Positions 50,925-58,772 of a stretch of DNA of 64,000 nucleotides are shown one piece after another. Source of the stretch: an uncultured Acidobacteriota bacterium. GTDB taxonomy: Bacteria > Acidobacteriota > Thermoanaerobaculia > Multivoradales > SZUA-115. A program made the position numbers and the translations under genes. The notes beneath the pieces are model-generated. The model was not told the DNA's origin, ran no database searches, and saw only the letters and a list, made by a program, of their open reading frames with translations. Positions within the stretch are counted from its first letter, which is position 1. The number at the start of each line of letters is the position of its first letter. The stretch spans positions 160,001 to 224,000 of the forward strand of contig CAWDVR010000004.1 in the NCBI GenBank assembly GCA_963805975.1, given 5' to 3'.

Positions 50925-51458
50925 CTAGACGGTCTTGAGCGCGCGCACCAGGAGCCGCCGCCCGGGGATCGGGCCGGCGCCGTTGGCGCCGGCCCCGGCG
51001 AAAGACTGGATGGTGACCTCGAGCTCCTTGATGTGAACGTTCTCGGGCAGGGTGTCGCCATCCAGTGGCTCGTCGAGGTTGCCGTTGTCGGTCAGATCCG
51101 CCATCGCGAACTGCCGGATACGCGTCGTCCGTTGGAAGCGGGCGGTGGCGGTGTCCGGCTCCTCCTCGGCCCAGGTCTTGGTCGCCGGGTCCCAGTAGTC
51201 GACGGTCTCGAGCATCTCCGCACCTTCCTCGAGGGTGAGCTGCGGATCGTTGAAGTCGAGCTGCGACAGCTCCTCGACCCGCGACTTGGCGAGATTGGCG
51301 AGCTGCGTCGAGTCCGCGCCCATGGCGTTGTTCACCGCCGAGCGGAAGAAGAGCGGCAGGATCCCCAGGATCATGAAGAGAAACAGCATCGAGGCGATCA
51401 TCACCTCGACCATCGACATGCCGGCGTCGGCGCGGAAGGCGCGTCTTCTGGCGCTCAT
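50925..51458 (-). CDS. pilV: PilV-like minor pilin
   Basis: G|MSMVEVMIA prepilin motif, LA....EEL; ATGA overlap with fimT. Confidence 0.8.
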   Translation of the reverse strand: MSARRRAFRADAGMSMVEVMIASMLFLFMILGILPLFFRSAVNNAMGADSTQLANLAKSRVEELSQLDFNDPQLTLEEGAEMLETVDYWDPATKTWAEEEPDTATARFQRTTRIRQFAMADLTDNGNLDEPLDGDTLPENVHIKELEVTIQSFAGAGANGAGPIPGRRLLVRALKTV

Positions 51459-52123
51459 TCGTTCCACTCCCATGGGATGCCGTCCTGGTCGCGGGCGTAG
51501 AAGTGCAGGCCGTCCGGGCCGGCCGCGCGGTCCGCGTCGTACTTGCGGAGCTGAATCCGCGCCGTGGCTTCCGGCGAGATCCGCACCTCGAAGAAGTTGG
51601 CGCGGTCGTCGCCGAAGCGGATGGCGCCACGGTTGCGGATCGAGCCGTCGATCTCCAGCACCGCGACGTTGGGCAGGCCCGCCTCGGCGGGGGTGAGCTC
51701 GTCGATCGTGTCGGGGCCTTCGGGCTCGGCGTCGGCAGGCCCCCAGAAGCGCACGTCCTGGGGGAGAGGGATGAGCGCCACCTGGTAGTCGGTGGCGCCG
51801 CCGTTGGCGCCGTCGACCGGATTGAAGACCAGGTCGCTGCCCCGGCTGCCGTCGTCTAGGTTGACGTCGGCGAAGGCGAAGAGCTGCTGCGCCTCGTAGT
51901 CGACCCCGACCACTACAGGCACGCCGCGCTTGATGGCTTCCATGCGGGCACGCGAGAGGAGCATCGAGGTCTCGGTGAGGATGGCCTGGTCGCGGCTACG
52001 CCTGAGGAGATGAAAGATCTTGGGTACGGCCACCATCAGCACGACGAGCAGTAAAGCGAGGACCACCAACCCCTCGATCAGGGTGAATCCCGAGGTCTGG
52101 CGATGTCTCTTGGGCTCTTTCAT
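51455..52123 (-). CDS. fimT: FimT/FimU (GspH-like) minor pilin
   Basis: G|FTLIEG prepilin motif, L..ARMEAIKRG..V.V. Confidence 0.8.
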   Translation of the reverse strand: MKEPKRHRQTSGFTLIEGLVVLALLLVVLMVAVPKIFHLLRRSRDQAILTETSMLLSRARMEAIKRGVPVVVGVDYEAQQLFAFADVNLDDGSRGSDLVFNPVDGANGGATDYQVALIPLPQDVRFWGPADAEPEGPDTIDELTPAEAGLPNVAVLEIDGSIRNRGAIRFGDDRANFFEVRISPEATARIQLRKYDADRAAGPDGLHFYARDQDGIPWEWNE

Positions 52124-52140
52124 GGCGGGAGCCTGAAAGG

Positions 52141-52155
52141 GCAAGCCGTGTGCCA
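52141..52155 (-). promoter_or_regulatory. Sigma54 promoter of the minor pilin/pilY1 operon
   Basis: TGGCAC-ACGGC-TTGC, consensus -24/-12. Confidence 0.8.
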
Positions 52156-52260
52156 TGCCCCCCAAGCTCCGGCGCTCGAGCGTAACTGTCTGACTTGAAT
52201 GATCTTCTGGGCGATGAGCGGTTGCTGACAGGCTCTTCCGGCAGCGTTTTCGAGTCATGG

Positions 52261-53646
52261 TTAGTTACCTTTCTCTACCGATTCGCCAGCCGCAGGGAGC
52301 CAGACCACGACCCGCGTGCCTCCCCCCGGGCGCTTGGAGATGGTGAGCTGCCCACCGTGCAGAGTGATGATGCGGTGCGATAGCGCCAGCCCCAGGCCGA
52401 CGCCTCCCGGCCGCCCGCTGGCGAAGGGTTGGAAGAGCCGCGCGCGGACCTCCGGGGGCAGGCCGGGGCCGCGATCCGAGATCGCGAGCTCGAGGCCCCG
52501 AGCGGTGTGCGAGAGCAGCACCTCGGCGCCGGCGGGCTCGAGGCCCGCCCCGCGCTCGGCCTCGACCGCGTTGGTGAGCAGGTTGCGCACCGCGCGCTCG
52601 AGGAGCTGCGGGTCGCCGGCCAGCCGCGGCAGCGGCTCCCCGGCGGCGATCTCGATGTGCGCGCCGTCGAGCGACGGGTTGGCCGCCGCCCGGCGTACCA
52701 GGGCTTCGAGATCCACCGGCTCTAGCCGCGCCGTTCCCGGCCTGGCGAAGGCCAGGAAGTCCTCCACCACGCGGTTCAGGTGGCCGGTCTCCCGCCGGAT
52801 CTCCGCCAGGTAGTCGTGGAGCGTGACCTCGTCCGGCCGCCGCGCCGCGAGCGAGAGATAGCCCGAGATCGTCGCCAGGCTGTTGCGCAGCTCGTGGGCC
52901 ACGCCGGCCGCCATCTCGCCGAGCTGGGCGAGCCCCTCGGCCAGGCGGGCTTCGCGGTCCTTGAGCCGCACCTCGGTCAGATCGGTGAACAGGCGCACCA
53001 GGAAGCTGCCCTCGTCTTCCTCCTCGCGGCTCGCCTCGCCCAGCTTTCTCGCCTGCGCGAGCAGGCGCTCGAACGGGTTCAGGAGGCTGCGCAGGAAGAG
53101 GATCACCAGCAGCAGAACGGCTCCGGCGAGCGACAGCACGATGATCTGGAGCGTCTCGAGGGAGTGGAGCTGGCGGGCGAGGGTGCCGGCACCGAGGTCG
53201 ATGCGCACCGCGCGGCCCGGCGGTGCGTCCGGCACCGGGGCGAAGCCGATGGCGCGGTCGGGAGCGCCGCGGTCGAGACCGACCGCCATCGCCTCGCGCA
53301 GGCCGGCTCCGGGCGGCAGCCTGCCCTGGAGCGGCGCCAGGAGCCCCAGTCGCGGCAGGTCGCCGACCGCGACCAAGGCCTGCCCGCGCTCGTCGAGGAG
53401 AGCGGCGCCCAGGGCGTCGCGCGCCAGGCGCCGCAGCTCCTCCTCGGTGGTGGTACCGGCCTGCGCCAGCCTCCCCGCCACGGCGCGCGCGGCGCGCGCG
53501 GCGTCGCCCCGCCGCTCGTCGGCGAGGAGCGAGAGGGAGCTCTTGTAGGAGAGCAGCGAGTAGCCGATGAGCACCAGCAGCAGCGCAAAGGAGACCGGGA
53601 CGAGAATCAGGACTTCGCGCCGCAAGCTGAGACGGTCGCGCTTCAA
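52261..53646 (-). CDS. Membrane sensor histidine kinase, PilS-like
   Basis: Two TM helices; AHELRN H-box, NLLTNA, DRGPG, LFQPF, GVGLGL boxes. Confidence 0.9.
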   Translation of the reverse strand: MKRDRLSLRREVLILVPVSFALLLVLIGYSLLSYKSSLSLLADERRGDAARAARAVAGRLAQAGTTTEEELRRLARDALGAALLDERGQALVAVGDLPRLGLLAPLQGRLPPGAGLREAMAVGLDRGAPDRAIGFAPVPDAPPGRAVRIDLGAGTLARQLHSLETLQIIVLSLAGAVLLLVILFLRSLLNPFERLLAQARKLGEASREEEDEGSFLVRLFTDLTEVRLKDREARLAEGLAQLGEMAAGVAHELRNSLATISGYLSLAARRPDEVTLHDYLAEIRRETGHLNRVVEDFLAFARPGTARLEPVDLEALVRRAAANPSLDGAHIEIAAGEPLPRLAGDPQLLERAVRNLLTNAVEAERGAGLEPAGAEVLLSHTARGLELAISDRGPGLPPEVRARLFQPFASGRPGGVGLGLALSHRIITLHGGQLTISKRPGGGTRVVVWLPAAGESVEKGN

Positions 53647-53655
53647 GGCGGGACC

Positions 53656-54432
53656 TCAGAAGGTGGCGAGGTACGAGCGCATGATCGCAGGGCCGGCAAA
53701 GAGCGCCAGCACGCCGCCGGCCGCGAGGAAGGTGCCGAAGGGCAGCTTGGTCTTCATGCCCGCCTGCCCGCGGCTCATCAGCACGACGCCCACCAGCGAA
53801 CCGGCGAGGGCGCCCGCGAAGAGGGTGACCAGCGCTCCCTTCCAGCCCAGGAAGGCGCCCACCATGGCGAGCATCTTGACGTCACCAAGGCCCAGGCCTT
53901 CCTCCTTGCGCCACAGGTACCAGCCCCACCACAGCGCGGAGAGGATGGCAGCGCCGATCGTGGCGCCGAGCACGGCGGCGCCGAGCCCACTCCAGGAGAG
54001 CCAGGGCGAGAAGGCGAGGCCGACCACGATCCCCGGCAGGGTGATGCGGTCCGGCAGGATGTAGTGCTCGGCATCGATCGCGCCCAGGGCGACCATCAGG
54101 GCGCAGAAGAGCGCCGCCGCCACCGCCTCGATCGCGGGGCCGAAGCGCAGGAAACAGGCGAGGAAGAGGGCGCCGGTCAGCGCCTCGATCGCCGGGTAGC
54201 GCGCCGAGATCCTCGTCTTGCACGAGCGGCAGCGGCCCCGTAGCCACAGGTAGGAGACGACCGGCACGTTGTCGTAGGCCGCGATGGCGGCGCCGCAGCT
54301 CGGGCAGCGCGAACGCGGGAAGAGCGTCGACTCCTCCCGCGGCAGGCGATGGATGACGACGTTGAGATAGCTGCCGACGATCAGGCCGAGGCCCGTCGCG
54401 TAGACCGCCAGCAGCACGGAGGTGGGCGACAC
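53656..54432 (-). CDS. pilD: Prepilin peptidase/N-methyltransferase
   Basis: GSYLNVVIHR, RSRCPSC, GRCRSC, IDAEH.ILPD, GLGDVKM, PFGTFL. Confidence 0.95.
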   Translation of the reverse strand: MSPTSVLLAVYATGLGLIVGSYLNVVIHRLPREESTLFPRSRCPSCGAAIAAYDNVPVVSYLWLRGRCRSCKTRISARYPAIEALTGALFLACFLRFGPAIEAVAAALFCALMVALGAIDAEHYILPDRITLPGIVVGLAFSPWLSWSGLGAAVLGATIGAAILSALWWGWYLWRKEEGLGLGDVKMLAMVGAFLGWKGALVTLFAGALAGSLVGVVLMSRGQAGMKTKLPFGTFLAAGGVLALFAGPAIMRSYLATF

Positions 54433-54451
54433 GCGGCCGATCTTACCGGCT

Positions 54452-54982
54452 CTACGTACCGGCCGTGTTCGCCGGTGAGGGCGCGCGCACGAAGCCGCCG
54501 TCCGCCCACACGATGTCCTGCTCGTAGTCGGTGGCGCTGAACGAGCCGGACTCGTACTCGTCACCCTCGAACTCGCCGTCGCTTCCCGGGCTCCTCGCCA
54601 GGGCGTAGAACGAGCGCGGCGGGTTGGTGAGCTGCACCCGATACTCGAGGTTGTTGCCCCAGCCGTCCTCGTCGGGAAGCTGCGGCATGTAGTCCGGTAC
54701 CACCGCCTCCTCGATCTCGTCGAGGCTCGCGGTTCCCGCCCAGTCGGCGATGTCGACGGTCACCGCACCGGCGGCGCCGGCGCCGCCGTTCTCGCTCCAG
54801 TACTGCGCCATGCCGAGGCCGAACTCGCGCAGGTTCGCCATGGTGCGCTTCTGCCGGCTCTTCTGCAGCGCCTCCAGCATGTTGGGGATGAGAACGGCAG
54901 CGATGATGCCGATGATCGCGATCACGATCAGGAGCTCGATCAGAGTGAACCCGGAACGCCGGGTCCTGGTCCAGGATTTCAT
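54452..54982 (-). CDS. Type IV pilin paralogue 2 (GspG-like head, 176 aa)
   Basis: G|FTLIELLIVIAIIGIIAA prepilin motif; DGWGN..EY...SPGSDG; own sigma54 promoter. Confidence 0.9.
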   Translation of the reverse strand: MKSWTRTRRSGFTLIELLIVIAIIGIIAAVLIPNMLEALQKSRQKRTMANLREFGLGMAQYWSENGGAGAAGAVTVDIADWAGTASLDEIEEAVVPDYMPQLPDEDGWGNNLEYRVQLTNPPRSFYALARSPGSDGEFEGDEYESGSFSATDYEQDIVWADGGFVRAPSPANTAGT

Positions 54983-55016
54983 TTCATGCCTCCCCGCAAG
55001 GTCTTCGACCGGGATA

Positions 55017-55031
55017 GCAACGCGTGTGCCA
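55017..55031 (-). promoter_or_regulatory. Sigma54 promoter of pilin 2
   Basis: TGGCAC-ACGCG-TTGC. Confidence 0.8.
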
Positions 55032-55104
55032 CGGCGGGGCAGGGGAAAAGGCCGTAATCTGCGCCGTAATGTGACAAAGAATGGCAACCGGCTGCTACCC
55101 GATG

Positions 55105-56496
55105 TCAGTCGCCGCGCCCGCCGTCGCGGGCGTAGGCCTCGACCATGAGCCGCAGGCGCTCGACACCGCGGTCCAGCTCGGCGAGAGGGATGCGCTCGTC
55201 CGCGGCGTGGACGCCCGCCGCCTCCTCGGCGTCGAGCAGGAAGGGTGAGACGCCGTAGGCGGCGATGCCGCGGGCGCGAAACAGGCGCGAGTCCGTGAAG
55301 CCGGCGGCGACGGAGGGCACCACCGGAGCGCCGGCCCCGAACCCGCGCTCGATCGCTCGCCAGGCCGGGGTGCCGACGGGCGAAGCGGGGGCCGGCGGCG
55401 AGGTCAGGAGCACCTCGACCTCCGCATGCTTGCCGAGCGCGGCCTCGAGATCGGCGAGGAAGAGCGCGGCGTCGGTGTCGGGCAGCAGGCGGGCATCGAC
55501 CTTGGCGCTCGCCTCGGCGGCGATCACGTTGATCGACTCGCTCGCCGTGATGCCCGTCACCTGCACGGTGTCGAGGAAGAGGTTGTGCAGCCCCGGGAGG
55601 AGCGGCACCTTGGAGCCCTCGGGGGTGATCGCGGCATCGATGTCCGCGTAGAGCTTGGGATAGCGCGGGCCCTTGTGCAGCGGCGCGATGGCGCGAAAAT
55701 AGGCTCGTACCGGATCGGTGACGCGGTAGGGGCGCGGCAACGCCAGCATGCGGTCGAGCGCGGCGATCAACTGGTGGAGCGCGCTCTCCGGATTGTAGGT
55801 CGAGGCGTGGCCGGCCCGGCCGCGAGTCCTGACCATGAACCACAGCGGGCGCTTCTGCGCCACCTCGACCTCCCACCACATCAGGCCGCGGTCGTTGGCG
55901 CGGCCCGAGCCACCCTCGTTCCACACCGCCTCGACGCCGGCGAAGAGCTCCGGGTGCTGCTCGACGAGCCATGCCATGCCCTCGCCCCCGCCCAGCTCTT
56001 CGTCGGCGACGGCGAGGAATGCCACGTCGCGCGCCAGCGGCACGCGGCGGCGCTTGAGCTCCACGAAGGCGGCGAGGTGGGCGATCCCCAAGCCCTTGGT
56101 GTCGAGCGCGCCGCGGCCCCAGAGCCGCCCGTCCGCCACCGTGCCCTCGAACGCCGGCCGCGTCCAGCCCGGGCCGGCCGGCACCACGTCCATGTGATGG
56201 GTGAGGAGGAGAGTGTGCCCCGCCGGCGGCTCGGCCTCGAGCCGCGCGTAGAGGTTGGCGCGCCCGGCCGGCGAGAAGAAGAGGCGGACCGGGATCCCTT
56301 CCCGTTGCAGCAGGTAAGCGAGATACGCGGCAGCTCGGCGCTCGTTGCCGGGAGGGTTCGAGGTGTCGATGCGAAGGTACTCGCGCAGCCATTGGCCCGC
56401 CTCGGAAAGCCTGGGTCCGGCCGCGACCGCGGGCCGCATCGACGAGGGCTGGACGAACAGGAGGAGGGCGAGGAGGAAAGGGGCTCTGCGCTGCAC
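55105..56496 (-). CDS. Secreted M20/M25/M40-family metallopeptidase
   Basis: Signal peptide; HHMDVV, GRGALDTKG, DEE, NEGG, TDSR, HAADERI (all metal ligands present). Confidence 0.9.
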   Translation of the reverse strand: MQRRAPFLLALLLFVQPSSMRPAVAAGPRLSEAGQWLREYLRIDTSNPPGNERRAAAYLAYLLQREGIPVRLFFSPAGRANLYARLEAEPPAGHTLLLTHHMDVVPAGPGWTRPAFEGTVADGRLWGRGALDTKGLGIAHLAAFVELKRRRVPLARDVAFLAVADEELGGGEGMAWLVEQHPELFAGVEAVWNEGGSGRANDRGLMWWEVEVAQKRPLWFMVRTRGRAGHASTYNPESALHQLIAALDRMLALPRPYRVTDPVRAYFRAIAPLHKGPRYPKLYADIDAAITPEGSKVPLLPGLHNLFLDTVQVTGITASESINVIAAEASAKVDARLLPDTDAALFLADLEAALGKHAEVEVLLTSPPAPASPVGTPAWRAIERGFGAGAPVVPSVAAGFTDSRLFRARGIAAYGVSPFLLDAEEAAGVHAADERIPLAELDRGVERLRLMVEAYARDGGRGD

Positions 56497-56537
56497 GGGC
56501 GGGAGTGTATCGGGCCTTGGGGGAGCGCGCAGGGAAC

Positions 56538-56564
56538 AAAAAAAGGCGCCGTCGAGACGGCGCC
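56538..56564 (-). terminator. Rho-independent terminator after pilin 1
   Basis: Stem GGCGCCGT/ACGGCGCC followed by U7 on the minus strand. Confidence 0.85.
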
Positions 56565-56610
56565 CAGAGTCGAAACGCGAACCTCTAAGGAATCGTAAAT
56601 CAGGCGGCTT

Positions 56611-57141
56611 TTAGGTGCCGGCCGCCAAGATGCTCTTGGGAGCGCGAACGAAACCGCCGTCCGCCCACACGATGTCCGCTTCGTAGTCGCTCGGGTCGAA
56701 GGAGCCCGACTCGTACTCGTCACCCTCGAACTCGCCGCCGAGGCCCGGCGCACGAACCAGCGCGTAGCCGACGCGCGGCGGATCCACCAGCGTCACGTAG
56801 TACTCGAGGTTGTTGTCCCAGGCGTCCGTGCGCGGGATCGAGCTGGCGTAGTTCGGAACGATGGCGGTCTCGAGGTCGTCGAAGGACAGCGAGTTGTCCC
56901 AGTCACCGACCTGGATCGTCACCGCGCCGGCGGCGGCGGCGCCGCCCCGCTCGCTGTACAAGGTGCCGAGCGCGAGGCCGAACTGGCGGATGTCGCCCAT
57001 GGTCCGCTTCTGGCGGCCCTTGTGGAGCGCGTCGAGGAAGTTGGGGATCAGGATGGCGGCGATGATGCCGATGATCGCCACGACGATCAGCAGCTCGATC
57101 AGGGTAAAGCCCTTCTGGCGGTTGCGCAACTTGCTCAGCAT
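56611..57141 (-). CDS. Probable major type IV pilin (GspG-like head, 176 aa)
   Basis: RBS AAGGAG; G|FTLIELLIVVAIIGIIAA; monocistronic with sigma54 promoter and terminator, as for pilA genes. Confidence 0.9.
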   Translation of the reverse strand: MLSKLRNRQKGFTLIELLIVVAIIGIIAAILIPNFLDALHKGRQKRTMGDIRQFGLALGTLYSERGGAAAAGAVTIQVGDWDNSLSFDDLETAIVPNYASSIPRTDAWDNNLEYYVTLVDPPRVGYALVRAPGLGGEFEGDEYESGSFDPSDYEADIVWADGGFVRAPKSILAAGT

Positions 57142-57200
57142 GGTCGGTCTCCTTCTGGGGTGAACGGTCGGAACTCAGTTGGCTTCGTGGTCCCGGAGGA

Positions 57201-57215
57201 GCAGAAAGCGTGCCA
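57201..57215 (-). promoter_or_regulatory. Sigma54 promoter of pilin 1
   Basis: TGGCAC-GCTTT-CTGC, GG-N10-GC. Confidence 0.75.
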
Positions 57216-57310
57216 CTCGGGAGGCTGAGCAGGAAAAGTCTTTACAGCATGGAAACGCTTCCAGGAGCCCGATTTCTCAGGCCCTGGCCGCGCGAGGATC
57301 CATAGCCCAA

Positions 57311-57347
57311 AGACAAATCTTGGCAAGACCCCTGTCAAGGATTGTCA
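57311..57347. promoter_or_regulatory. Putative bEBP upstream activator sites
   Basis: AGACA-N5-TGGCA and TGTCA-N5-TGTCA about 100-130 bp upstream of the -24 box; a similar TGACA-N5-TGGCA lies at 55072-55086 upstream of pilin 2. Confidence 0.45.
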
Positions 57348-58772
57348 TTGCACGAGCCGGCGAACCAGGCGGCGATAGGTCTCGACGCCCTCGACGAAGG
57401 CCGGCAGCAACATGCGCTCGTCCACCTGGCCGATGCGCCCGGTCTCGGCGATGAAGAGCAGAAAAGGGGAGAAGCCGTAGGCCGGGATGCCGGCGGCGCG
57501 GGCGAACCGTGAGTCGGTCGCCGTCCAGGGCAGGAAGTGGGGCCCGACGGGAGCGCCGGGATGAGCTTCGGTGAGCGCCTCCACCAGAGCCGGGAAGACC
57601 TCGTTGCCGGTCGGGCTGCCGTGGTCGGCCCCTCCCTCGTCGTAGAGGCTCTGATCGAAGCCCGCGATCCGCCACGGCGGCAGGAAGCGCTCGATCGCCC
57701 TCCCGGCGTCCGAGCCCGGCAGCAGGTGGAACTTCAGCAGCATGCTGAAGCCGCCGCCGGCGTCGGCCTCCACCGAGAAGGGAAAGACCTCGTCGCGGAA
57801 CATGGCCTTGAGGTAGACCGGGAGCTCGGCCCAGGTGGGGCCGTCGAGACGCAGGCTCTCCGGCTTTCCGAGCGCCCGGCGGTAGAGCTCGTGGTGGCGG
57901 GTGGGCGCGTAGACCTCGAGGAACTCGCGGACCTCCGGCGTCAGGCGTACCTCGAAGTTCTCCTCCTCCCGCTCCTCGAGCAGCTCTCGGCGCAGCTCTT
58001 CCAGCGGCTCGCGGCTGGCGCTGCAGAGGGTGACGTCCACGTAGCGCTTCTGCGCCACCTCGATGCCCCAGAACAGGACCTCCTCGGCGCTCCGGGTCTC
58101 GACCACGCCGCCTTCGGTGAGGAAGGCCCAGAAACGGCTGGCGAGGTCCGGGTGTTGCGCGAGCACCCATTTGGTGCCGAGGTCGCTCCCCACTTCCTCG
58201 GTGCCGGTGGCGAGAAAGATCACCGAGCGCCGGAGCCGGACACCGCTCCGCGCGAGATCGATGACGGCGGCGAGCTGCGCGATGCCGATGCTCTTCATGT
58301 CGTAGGCGCCGCGGCCGTAGATGTAGGGCGGCCGGATGTGGCCGGAGAAGGGTGGAAAGCTCCACTCGTCGGGAGTGGGCACGGGATCGGTGTCGATGTG
58401 GTGGTGGAGCACCAGCGCCTCGCGGCTCTCACCCTCGAGCACTGCGATCACGTTGGCGTGCGTGCCGCCCAGGACCTCGATCGTGGCCGGGATGCCGGCC
58501 TTCTCGAGCTCGCCGGCCAGGAAGCGGGCGCCCGCGAGCTCGTTGGCGTTGGGCTGGGCGGTGTCGATCTGAAGGTAGCGCTGGAAGAGCTGCACCTCGG
58601 GAACGGAAGCGAAGTCGACGCCCTGCCAGTCGAAGCGCACTTCCTCGGGCTCGAGGCTCTGCATGTAGAGGAGGCAGGCGGCGAGCACCGCGCCGACCAC
58701 GCCGAGGCTGGCGTAGAGCGCGGCGCGGGCCGCGCTCCGAGCACGGCGCTCGAGGACGGTGCGGGCCTTCAT
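57345..58772 (-). CDS. Membrane-anchored M20-family metallopeptidase paralogue (C-terminal His ligand replaced)
   Basis: N-terminal TM helix; HHIDT, GRGAYDMKS, TEE, TEGG, TDSR, but GQVDERM in place of HxxDERI. Confidence 0.85.
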   Translation of the reverse strand: MKARTVLERRARSAARAALYASLGVVGAVLAACLLYMQSLEPEEVRFDWQGVDFASVPEVQLFQRYLQIDTAQPNANELAGARFLAGELEKAGIPATIEVLGGTHANVIAVLEGESREALVLHHHIDTDPVPTPDEWSFPPFSGHIRPPYIYGRGAYDMKSIGIAQLAAVIDLARSGVRLRRSVIFLATGTEEVGSDLGTKWVLAQHPDLASRFWAFLTEGGVVETRSAEEVLFWGIEVAQKRYVDVTLCSASREPLEELRRELLEEREEENFEVRLTPEVREFLEVYAPTRHHELYRRALGKPESLRLDGPTWAELPVYLKAMFRDEVFPFSVEADAGGGFSMLLKFHLLPGSDAGRAIERFLPPWRIAGFDQSLYDEGGADHGSPTGNEVFPALVEALTEAHPGAPVGPHFLPWTATDSRFARAAGIPAYGFSPFLLFIAETGRIGQVDERMLLPAFVEGVETYRRLVRRLVQ

